This document shows positions 11,501 to 21,754 of a stretch of DNA of 64,000 bases, piece by piece. Source of the stretch: Hyaloraphidium curvatum SAG 235-1 (taxonomy: Eukaryota > Fungi > Monoblepharomycota); assembly GCA_025558095.1 (NCBI GenBank), contig JAIVFI010000006.1, forward strand, positions 496,001 through 560,000, written 5' to 3'. The notes under the pieces are model-generated. The model was not told the origin of the DNA and did not search any database. It worked only from the letters and a program-made list of their open reading frames with translations. A program made the translations under genes and the position numbers. Positions within the stretch are counted from its first letter, which is position 1. Every line of letters begins with the position of its first letter.

Positions 11501-12742
11501 ACGTCGATGGAGAGGACGGTGACGAAGAAGGTGATCTGCAGGAAAAAGTCGACGACGACAGCGACCGACGCAAAGAGGCTGAACTCCTGCAGAGCGGGGA
11601 CCGAGGTCGCGGTGCCGAGGAGGAAGAGGAAGAGCTCGCCGAAGAGCGCGACGAGGATGGGCACGCCGACCTTGCCCAGCCCTGGCACGACCGCGGTGAG
11701 CGGGGACCATCAGCGGGCCACGGTCGGGCCACCCACCCCTGCCCACGCGCTCCGGCACGGGCACGTCGATCGACGTCGTGGTGATGCCGTTGGTGATGAC
11801 AAAGATGTTCTCCACCCCCACGGCGATGATGAGGAACGGCAGCACCTCCCACTGCACCAGGCCGATCGGCACCCCCGCCACGTCCAGGATGCCCATGGAC
11901 ATGGTGAGCGAGCCCAGGACGGTGGCGAGCGCCGCGATGCCGAGGCCGAACTTGGACTTTACCAGCTCCACGCGGCCCAGGGAGAGGGAGATGTACAGGA
12001 AGACGGTGAGGTAGGCGAGCACGATGAGGAGGTGGTTGGTGGAGAGGGGTGCCGAGGGCAGGGAGAGGGCTGCGCGGGGTTCGATGCGCGGGGGGCGACC
12101 CGGCGTGGGAGGGGGAGGGTCCCATGCCAGGGTTGCGTTTGCGGGGAAGGCCGAGGCGTTGGCGAGGGACGCCAGGACGCGCGCCCAGGTCGCGGCGCCG
12201 TCCCCGCGGCCGTCGACAAACAGCGTGGCGGAGAGGAAGACGGGCGTGGCGGCTGCGGGCGGTGCTTCCAGGCCTGCGGCGAGGTACGGCGCTGGCGAGA
12301 GCGCGAGGCACGCGCCGCCGGGCCCATCGGGGCGGAAGCACAGGTCGGCGAAGGCTGCGCCCGAGTCCGGGTCGGCGGCGGCGCCCCATGCCGCGTCCAG
12401 GGCGAGCGCCGCGCGGAGGCGCCTGTCCGGGGAACCGCCCCCGGAGTCGCCCCACGCGACGCGGGTGACCAGCGCGGCCCCGCCGGCCCCCCTCCCCGCC
12501 GGCGCGCCGCCCGCGAACGGCAGCGCGCCGCGCACGGCGGTCCGCAGCCGCGGCGCCGCGTCGGTGCCGAGCAGCGCGTCGGCCGCCGCAAAGTACGCCG
12601 GCAGCGAGAGCCCGACGATGAGCGCGCCCGTCAGCGCAATGACCGCCACGCGGTGCGACGCAGCAAACACGCCGTGGTAGTAGAACACGCGGCCGGCGAG
12701 CTGCTCGGCGCCGCGGACCGCGGAGCGCAGGGCGGACGCCAT
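8525..12742 (-). CDS. SCAP: SREBP cleavage-activating protein (sterol-sensing domain plus C-terminal WD40 region)
   Basis: [12 protein letters not shown]-terminus; [54 protein letters not shown]...[24 protein letters not shown]; WD-like [17 protein letters not shown]. Confidence 0.88.
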
Positions 12743-12872
12743 CGGGGCCCACGGAGTTGCGGGACGGACGACCCTCGGACACTCGTTGATGAGGCGTCAC
12801 ACCGCAATCAAATGAAATGAATGAGTCCAGCCGGGTATCATGCTACATCCTCTGCCCCTCGCCCCCGAGTGC

Positions 12873-13649
12873 CTACTCGCCGTGCTTGAGCACGCGCACG
12901 AAATCGCGGTAGTTGAAGTTGCCGTGCGCGTCCAGCTGCGCCCCCTTGAGCATCGTGTCGACCTGCCGACCACGGCAAGGCAAGGACGTCAGAAAGTGTC
13001 CTTGGCACGGGCCCGACGTCGCACCTCATCGTCCGTGAACCTGTCCCCCATGGTCGTCATCCACTCCCTGAACTGCTCGCCGTCCAGCACCCCCGATTTC
13101 TTGTCGTCGAACGCCTCGAACGCCTGCAGGATCTCGTGCTCGGGGTCCGTGCCGCTCATCTTTTCGCCGAGCAGCGTGAGGAAGAGGGTGAAGTTGATGG
13201 GGCCGGGCGCCTCGGAGAGCATCGACTGGACCTGCTCCTCGGACGGCGGTTGGCCTGCCCGCAGGGGGGAAACGACGGGTGCGCGAGGAGGCGGGCAATC
13301 AGGACCAACAATCCGGTTGGGGCCCAGGGTCAGATGGGCACGGTGCCGGCCCGAAAGCGACCCACCCAGGGAGGAAAAGATCTCCTTGAGGTCCTCGGCG
13401 TCGATGAACCCGTCGTTGTCGTGGTCGATCATCGAGAACGCCTCCTTGAACTCGGCGATCTGCTTCTGGTCGAACATGGCGAACACGTTCGAGTTCTGGC
13501 GCACGGCGCGCTTCTTCTTTGTGTCGCGCTTTGCGCGCTGCGACTGCGGGCCGGGCGGGGGGTCGGTGCGGTTCCGGGCCGGGGGGCGGGGGCCGGCAGC
13601 CTCCGTGCGAGCCGGGGGGAGGCCGGCCGGCCGGGCGGCTGCTCACCAT
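12873..13649 (-). CDS. Myosin II regulatory light chain (EF-hand)
   Basis: [83 protein letters not shown]; first exon is the ATG alone. Confidence 0.93.
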
Positions 13650-13945
13650 GTTTGCGGGGGCGGGGGCGGGAGCGGGGGGTCGGTTGGTGGACGCTCCGGG
13701 GGGGAGCGGGGAGCGCGGGCCCGGGCGGGTGCGCAACGCGGCGTGCGGGTGCGGCGGGAGGGCGGGCGGCGGCCTCGGATGGGCGGCGGCCGCGCGGGGC
13801 ACGGAGGATTCGGGTGTTTGGGTTCGAGGTTGGCGTGGGCGGATTTCCCGTATTCGCGGGCCAGACTCATCGGCTCTGATCTCGGGTCTAGCGACTCGTC
13901 GGTTAAAACGGAGCAACCCCTGCCACCCCGAATTCCCGCGCGGCG

Positions 13946-16900
13946 ATGGCGTCCCGCGCGTCGTCCGGCAGCGGCGCGTCGCGGGCGGCGCGGCCCGGCC
14001 TGGCCGACCTGCCGTCGGACCTCGACGACTTCCTGGGCATGGTGGGCGACTTCCTGGGCATGGTGCCCCTTTCCGCTGACCGCAACGCGCACGCAGACCG
14101 ACACGTCGGCCGGCTCGCGCGGATCGCGCGCGAGCTCGTTCAGCGGCCTGCTGTCGCCGCTGTCGCCGCCGGGCGGGTCCGCCGCGTCGTCGGCCGACCG
14201 GCGGGCGCGCCTCGCGGCAAACCAGCGCCGCCTCGACGAGCTCGCGCGCGGCCGCCCGCTCGTGCCCTTCCGCCACCGCGAGGGCGCGCTGTCGCCCACC
14301 CCGCTCTCCCCCGGGGCACTGTCCCGCTCGTCCTCGGACCCCGCCCCCCTGCCGGCCTCGACGCCCGTCTCCTCGCCGCTGGTGCTCTCGGCCGCCTCGC
14401 AGCTGCGTCTGGCTCGCGACTTTGCCGCCCTGCACCGCCCGCTGATCGACCAGGACCCCGCCTCCCCCTCGGGCGCCTCCCCCTCGGGCGCCTCCTCCCC
14501 CCTCTCGCTCTCGGCCGCGCAGCTGACCCCCGCCGCGCCCTCCCCCGGCCGCGGCTCGCCCGAGGGCCCGGACCCGGGGCCGCTGTCGCCGCCCTCCATG
14601 TACAGGGGCACGTGGGCGCCGTTCGTGCCGGGCAAGGCGAGGGGGTACCCGGGGTACGAGGAGTACGTGCCGCGGGAGCTCGAGGGCGGGACGGACGACG
14701 AGGGCGGGCCAGAGGGGCTGGACTCGGAGGGGGGGAGCGGGGAGGGATCGGAGGACGGCACGTCGTCGTCGCGGCGTCTGGAGGGCTTCGGAAGGTCGCT
14801 CGACGGCGGGACCGACGGCGAGATCGACGGCGGCACCGACTACGGCAGCTCTTCGCGCCGCTTCGACGACCTCGCGGCCTCGCTCGGCGCCGGCTCGTCC
14901 CGCCGCTTTGGCGACCTCGGGGCCTCGCTGGTCACCGCCTCCTCCAGGCGCCTCGACGACCTCGCCCTCGATCTGGCCTCCCTCTCCCCCAAGCCCACCA
15001 CCACCACCCTGTCCTCGCCCCGCACCATCCCCTTCTCGCCCAACTCGCTCGCCCTGGGCCTGGAGCTCGCCTCCCTCCCCCGCTCCGACTCGCTCTCCCT
15101 GGGCCTGGAGCTCGCCGCCCGCGCCGCCGCCGGCCCCCTTTCCGACCCCTCCTCCCCGCGCCTCGAGAACCTCGCGCTCTCCCCCGGCGGCGACACCTCG
15201 CTCCTCTCCCAGCCAGTGGAAATCTCCGACGCCGGCGAGAACGGCGTGGAGCTCCCCGAGGGCCTCAGCTTCGGCTCGCTGGACGGCTCCCTCGACGAGG
15301 GCGTGGACGAGTTCGGGATCCCCCTCGAGGGCGACTTCCTCTCCCCCGGCCGAGCGCGACCGCCGCGGTACTTTCCCCCCGGGCCGCCGTCGGACGCAGC
15401 ATCGGACGAGACGGACGAGGGCACGAGGGCGCTGATCGCCCGGCTCAAGGCCTCGGCGCTGTCGCCCCTCCCGGACGAGGAGGGCGGCGACCTGCGGGAC
15501 GAGAGTGCCCCGAGCTCGGGGCCGCATTCGGTCGACGGGCGGGGTGGCGTTTCGTTCGAGGAGGGGGCAGAGGTGGAGGTGGCGGACGAGTCGGCGCCGA
15601 GCGAGGCGTCGCTGGGGCCCGAGGAAGAGTGGACCGACGGCGAGGCGGACGAGGGGGGAGGGAGCCGATCGGAGCGTTCGGGATCGGAAGAGGCCGCTGC
15701 GATCCCGGCGCAAGGGGAAGCGGCGGCGCTGCCCTGGTACCGGCAGCCCTACCCGCCCGCGGCATCCTACCCCCGCGAAAAACCCCTCGAGACCGCCGCC
15801 AAGGCCGCGCCCGCGGCCACGGCCCCGCGCACGCCGCCCGCGGCGGTGCTCCCCGCGCAGGCCGCGGAGAGCACGACCGGCAGCTCGCCGCTGAGGTTGA
15901 GCCCCGTGCGGTCGGACCCGGGCCCGCCGGGCGAGGTGGCATCCGATCACGGGCAGGAGGGCACGGCTTCGGGCACGGCGTCGCGGGACGAGGGGACGGT
16001 GTCGCGGGACGAGGAAGCCGCGTCGCGCGACGAGGGATCCGTGTTGATCGACGAGGACGCGGTTTCGCGCGGCGAGGAGACGGTTTCGCGGGACGAGCAG
16101 ACCGTCTCGCGGGACGAGGAGACCGTCTCGCGGAACGGAGCGACCGACTCGGGTGCCAGATCGCCCCCAACGAGCGAGTCGGATGGGTACGACGGGCCCC
16201 CCGTTGTGCAGCATCTGACCATGGACGATCTGCTGCGGATGAATGGCGTGCACGACGAGCCCGAGCCGGCGCCGCCGCAGGCGGCGGCGCCTGCGCAGGT
16301 TGAGGCATCTGCACCTTTGCAGCAATCGCCCGCGCCTACGCGGCACACACCGGCTCCTGCGGAAGCATCGCTGCCTACCCCGACGCCTGCCTTGCATGCC
16401 AGCCCCCAGAAGGCACCCGGCACCCCCGCCGCCGCCGTGCGCGACTTCCTCAGCTACACCCCCGCGCCGCGCACCCCCCGCGCCAACACCATCCTGGACC
16501 AGCTCCGGAGCAAGCTCAAGACGGCGCCGCCGGGGAAGCGCCACGGGCTGCACCCCGGTGCGCAGGCGGCGGGTGCGCGGAAGATGGCGTCGGCGGACGA
16601 GGAGTTCGAGGCGTTCCTCGGACTGGGCAAGACGAGCGAGCGGCCGGCTGTCGACAGGAGGAGGGTGGAGCGCAGGTCGTCGGGCAGGGTGCCGGAGCCC
16701 AAGGCTGCTCAGGACCGGCCGCGGTCGCCTGAACGCAGGGAGGCGCCTTCAGCGGAAGCCCCGGTGCCCGTGCACGCACCGGAGCCGACCCGGTCGAGAT
16801 CGCAGTCGCCGAGCAAGGCCGACAGGAAGGCCCCCGCGCTGCAGGTCGACACCACCAGCCCGCCGAAGCGGGCTTCCGCGCAGCCGCGCGCCGCACCTCC

Positions 16901-18936
16901 GCCCCCGCAGCCCGCGCACGCCGAGGATTCGCGGGAACGGGGGCACGCCGTTTCCTTCTCCCCCGACGAGCCGACGCCCGACACGCTGGTGGAGCGCGAG
17001 TCTCCGCGGCGGACGCCGCGCATGCGTGGCAAGTCGCCGGGTGCCGTGCGCGCGGGGCGCAGTGCGGCGACGCTGGTGGAACAGGACGGGTACCTGCCCT
17101 CGGAGGAGGAGAGGCGCGAGATCGTGCAGGCCATTCGGTGCGCAGCGTTTGCTGTCCGTCATTGCCGCGGTTCTGATCTGTTTTGGCGGCAGGGACCTCG
17201 GCGAGGACAACGACAAGCTGATGGCGAGGTTGGCTTCCCTGAGCAACGAGCTGCTCGGCCTGCAGGAAACGCATGCCGAGACGGAGAAGCAGCTGCGTGG
17301 GCGGATCGAGGACGCGGAAAAGGCGCGCGCGGCGGCCGAAGAGCGGGTCTCGGCGGCCGAAGCGAGGATCGCCGAGCTCGGCGGCGGATCGGACGAGCTC
17401 CGGCGGGAGAATCTGGACCTGATCGGGCGCCTCGAGGAGATGCAGAGGGGCAAGGAGGCCGCCGAGTCGGGCCTGACGGCCCGGGAGACGGAGGTCAACT
17501 CGCTTCGTGTGCGCCTGCGCGAGGAAAGGACCTCGCTTCGCCAGCTGGAGGAGGAGCTGCAGGAGCTCCGGAGGCAGCTGCCCGATTCAAAACGACGTCC
17601 ATCCGTGCCGGATCCTCGGGACTCGAGGCTGGCGCACTTGGAAGGACTGGTGGCCGAGCTGCAGGCAAAGCTGGACGTCGCTGCTGCAGAGAAGCGCACG
17701 CTCGAATCTCAGCGGAACTCCATGGCTTCGGCCCCGCATTCGCCTTCGCGGAGTACCGGCGACCGAATGCAACCACAATCCAGCGCCTCACGGCCCCGGC
17801 ACTCGCTTTCGAGCCCGCAGCGCCGCAAGGACGAGGCTGCGGACCTGACACGCCAGCAGGCGCAGCATATCGAGAAGCTGCGCAACGAGAATGAGATGCT
17901 GGTCAGGCGCACCGCCGATGCCGTGGTCGAGCTCAAAAACGAGCACGATCGCGTGCGCAAGACGCTGGAGGACAAGGTGCTGCAGATGGAGGCTGCCCTC
18001 AAGGTAGCCGTCGCGGAAGGCACTGCCGAGGCCAAAGGGGCCGGCATGTTCCCCACGTCGTTGTTCCCCGAGCTGCTTTCCGGAGGCGACGGCAAGGCGC
18101 TAGGCAGCAGCGGGGTCTACCATGCGCTGCAGAACAAGATCAGCAACCTTACGCGCCAGATGGACGCATTGCGGCGGGAGCACGAGCGGGAAACGCGCTC
18201 TCTGAATACCGAACGCGATCGCCTCGTCGCAGGCTACGAGGGCAGGCTGCTTGCGGCGCAGAAGGAGAGCCTGCGCACGGTGGACGAGCACACGCGGGAC
18301 CTCCGCGAGCAGCTCGAATCGCTCCGCGGGGAACTTGGTGAGGTCCGCGGCCAGCTCAAGATCTCGGAACTGCAGCGCAAGACCGCCACGGAGCGCCTCG
18401 AGGCGGCATGGAAGGACGCCAGCGGATCTACCGAGGCGGTTCTCCGGATCGCTAGGGAGCAGGGCAAGATCCGCGAGCGCGAACGCGCATTCCAGAACGA
18501 CATCCGCAGCCTGCGGTCCGAGCTCGAGGAGGAGCGAAGGACGTCGGACATCTGGAAACGCAAGGCGGCCGATCTGCAGGCGAAGCTTGCGGTTGCGCTG
18601 CAGGAACGGGACATGAGGAGCAGCGTTGCAACGGCAGCGCGCTTGCCGGCGCTCGCACCCGCTGGACAACTGACGTGGAGCGAGAAGCTGGAACGCCTGT
18701 CGCGGAGGATCGCCGAGCTCGAGGACAAGTTTGCGCTCGACGACCCCAGCGAGGACGCCGCCTTTGAACGAGATCCTCGCGTGAGCATGCGGGGATCGCG
18801 CAGGCTTTCCGATCTGCGTGGAGTCCGATCGCGATGGGAGGACCTCTCTGTGGAGCTGTCGGTTCTGGAAGATGGTGGCTTCAGCATGGTTAGCGGCAGC
18901 GGTGGCGACGGCGAGACCTGGTCGCGGGAGTTTTGA
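13946..18936 (+). CDS. Large hypothetical protein: disordered S/P/E-rich N-terminal two-thirds and long C-terminal coiled coil
   Basis: ATG 13946; intron 14042-14096 joins the 12840 frame; a second intron near 17138-17191 joins the coiled-coil frame ending at 18936. Confidence 0.65.
15981..16136 (+). repeat. Coding 21-bp tandem repeat (about 8 units, consensus SRDE-E/G-TV)
   Basis: SRDEGTV SRDEEAA SRDEGSV LIDEDAV SRGEETV SRDEQTV SRDEETV SRNG; DNA core tcgcgggacgag recurs. Confidence 0.8.
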
Positions 18937-19007
18937 GGAAATCGTACGCATTGGGAAGGAATGCAAATGAATGCAATGGCGATACCCCAGGATCAAGATC
19001 CAGGCAA

Positions 19008-19696
19008 CTACTGCCTCTTCCGCAGCCGGGGCCCCTTCTCCTCGGGCTCCTCCTCCTCCACAGCTCCGTTGGCGGCTGAATCCGCCGCCCTTAGCTCAGC
19101 GAGCTCCCTCTCGGCCTTCTTCAGCTTCTCGGCCAAGTCCTTTTTCTCCTCTTCCAACTCGTTGACTTTCCGCCGGAAATCATCGATCTCGCGGTCCTTC
19201 ACTTCGCTCGCGGACGCCTGCGACTGGATGTTCCGCAGCCTGTGCTCGAGCTCCAGAGCCTTGACGAGCAGGGAGTAGTAGCGAGCGACAACGAACGACA
19301 TGAGCAGGGTCACGCCCGTCAGGTAGAAGTTGCGCTGCGCGTAGAACTTTTTCGCGTTGAGCGACATGGCTCCTTGGGCCTCGAAGACTCCAGGAGGGCT
19401 CTTGCCGCGGGGCTCGTTGGTTCCGGGCGGGTTCAGCACTGTGTCGCGTCAGACCCCCAGCGACAGCTGAGCCCGGAGACGGACGTACCGGCCCGGTTAA
19501 AGGCGTCCAGAAAGAGCACGGTGATGAGGAACCAGATCACCAGGAGCATCGTCTTCATGGGCTGGAACGCGGGCTGCCTCGTCACCCATCGCACGAGCTT
19601 GGCCTTCTGCGCGTCCAGCACCGGCGCGGCGAGGATGACGAACGTCACGATCTCCGCCACGAGGACCGCGAATGCCAGAGAATAGACGACCGTCAT
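19008..19696 (-). CDS. BAP29/BAP31 (Yet3-like) ER membrane protein
   Basis: MTVVYSLAFAVLVAEIVTF, VLFLDAFNR, AKKFYAQRNFYLTGVTL, C-terminal coiled coil ending LRKRQ; one intron. Confidence 0.9.
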
Positions 19697-19875
19697 TGTA
19701 TTCGCGGGGGAAAGGCGCGGTATGGACCGGCCGTGGACACGTAGGCACGCGCGGTGACGACTTGAGACGCGGCGCCGCGCGGCCCGCACGCTCAGCACCA
19801 CGATTTTGGGTAGCACAGGCCTGCGCTTCAATCCAGATTCTGCTCTCGACTCTGGTTAGCTCCTCGCAAGCTGCG

Positions 19876-20517
19876 ATGAGCGGGATTCTTCCTCGGACCG
19901 CGATGGGCGCCGGTCGGAGAAGCCGGACACCTCCGACGCTTCTCGCCGCTGGGCGGTCGTGGAGGGCGCAGCCCAAACGTTTTGCTTCGAATCCTGCGGT
20001 CACCAGACGCGAGGAAGAGGAGGAGTATCCGGACCCCGCGCAAACGAAGGGCAACGCGAGCATTCCGAACCCATTGGCCCCCTTCATGCTGTCATCCTAC
20101 ATCGAGGCACCGTCGGAGCGCGACAAGTTCAAGCGACGGTTCCGACGCAACATCTACGAGATGTTTCTTTGGATGGCGTTGGGTAGCTTGGCGCTGAAGA
20201 CCAAGTGGCAGCGGATGGAGACGGAAGAGCTGCTCGGTGCCGCGAGGCTGCAGGCGCGCTCGCTGATGGACGAGATCGAACGGCTGGAAGCCGAACTTGA
20301 CGGACGGTCGGTCAAGGACCTGGACAGCGGCGATAAGGGCGCGGCCCCGATCGTCGCGCCGCGGATCGTCGCACGAGCGACGGCGGGCGAAGTCGGGGCT
20401 GCTCCGGCGCCAGACGAGGCTGCTGCCGCCGATGCAGACGTCGTGGACCATGTCGTCGTGACCGATGAGGGTCTCGTCGACAAGGAAACGAAGAAACCGC
20501 TGGGTTCCTTGATGTAG
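19876..20517 (+). CDS. Hypothetical single-pass, probably mitochondrial protein
   Basis: Arg-rich presequence-like N-terminus, TM segment MFLWMALGSLAL, following coiled coil. Confidence 0.55.
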   Translation: MSGILPRTAMGAGRRSRTPPTLLAAGRSWRAQPKRFASNPAVTRREEEEEYPDPAQTKGNASIPNPLAPFMLSSYIEAPSERDKFKRRFRRNIYEMFLWMALGSLALKTKWQRMETEELLGAARLQARSLMDEIERLEAELDGRSVKDLDSGDKGAAPIVAPRIVARATAGEVGAAPAPDEAAAADADVVDHVVVTDEGLVDKETKKPLGSLM

Positions 20518-20754
20518 CATTGGAGCTCGACACGCGAACAAACGGTGTTCCAATGCTGCGATCGCTGTCCGGGAGGTTCGACAAGCAACTTCTCTTGAAG
20601 GAATTCGAAATGCGCTGCCTTTCGGCGTCTGCTTGTCCAACAGCCCGCTGACGCCCCCGCGCGCCCGCACGCTCGCCGCGCGCTAGGCGCGCGCCGCGGG
20701 CCGCGTCTCAGAGCCTCCCACTTCGGCCGCAGCCCGCAGCCCGCACGCGCCCGA

Positions 20755-21668
20755 ATGATCCATTCCGAGTCCATCGGGACTTTCTTCTTCATCATCGGAG
20801 CCTACTGTGCCTTCACGGCCTTCCTCCAGTATGCCTTCTACACGCGGCCGGCTGCTTCGGCGAAACAGTGGAAGCTGCAGCCCAACCGTGTCGAGAACGT
20901 CGGGAACGAGACGGCTAGGAGATGGTGGCTCCCGTTTCTGAACTCGCCTAAGGCACGCCGGCATCCTCGGCTGTGGCTTTGGGGCACGATCAACCTAGTC
21001 AACAGCGCTGCGGTCGGCGCCTTTACTGCCGAGTGCATCCTGCGGGGTTGGAGCCGGGTAGTCTTGCCATCGAAGTCTCCCCCGTGGACTGCACCCTCCT
21101 GGATCGCCGCCCAAGTGCTGTCGCATGCTGTGCAGGGGACGCTGGAGTATCTCTGGCACAGGATGATGCATTCCGAGTGGTTCTTTGAACGATTTCACAT
21201 CCACCACCACTACTATCTGAGTCCCGAGGTGTACGACGACATGGTACGGCGTGCAAAGAGCCGCAGCGTTCGTCGTGGTCTGACACTCCTCGTTGGCAGA
21301 TGATACACCCGCTCGAAGCGTTCCTCTACTACTTCATCCTCTACTCTCCGGCCTTCTTGGTCCGTCAACCGCTTTCATCCTTCGTTGCGTTCATGGTCAT
21401 TAACGGGCTCTTTGGCGTCCTCGATCACTGCGGCATTGATTTTGAGCTAGGCCTTTACCGAACGCGCGACCACGACGCACACCACGCGCTCGTGAACGTG
21501 AACTTCAGCTTCCCTTTCCCCGTGCTCGACATTCTCTGCGGAACGTACTACGGCCGCTTTCTGGGGATGGATTTTGTGCCATGGGCAATGTCTGCGACGG
21601 AACTTGTGAGCTTGAAGAAGCGCGAGCTCTCGCGGGGCCTAGCAGCAGCGGCGGGGAAGGGCAGTTGA
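20755..21668 (+). CDS. Fatty acid hydroxylase / sterol desaturase superfamily di-iron membrane enzyme
   Basis: His boxes YLWHRMMH, FHIHHH, HPLE, DHCG, HDAHH..NFS; intron 21244-21299. Confidence 0.88.
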
Positions 21669-21754
21669 TGCTGGCCAGGAGGGTGCTAAGATCTGGAAGC
21701 ATGGAAGACGTTGCTTTTTGACACGGTAGAGCAATACAGAGAATGTGAAGATAT

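Noticed and set aside
15981-16136. CRISPR-like or other non-coding array
   Set aside because: Degenerate in-frame 21-bp coding repeat with no spacers and no cas genes; eukaryotic context
9333-17894. Very long ORFs 9333-12800(-), 13299-16553(-), 13946-16303(+) and the 5' part of 12840-17894(+)
   Set aside because: Arg/Gly/Pro-rich shadow frames caused by high GC; they overlap recognisable genes in other frames or strands
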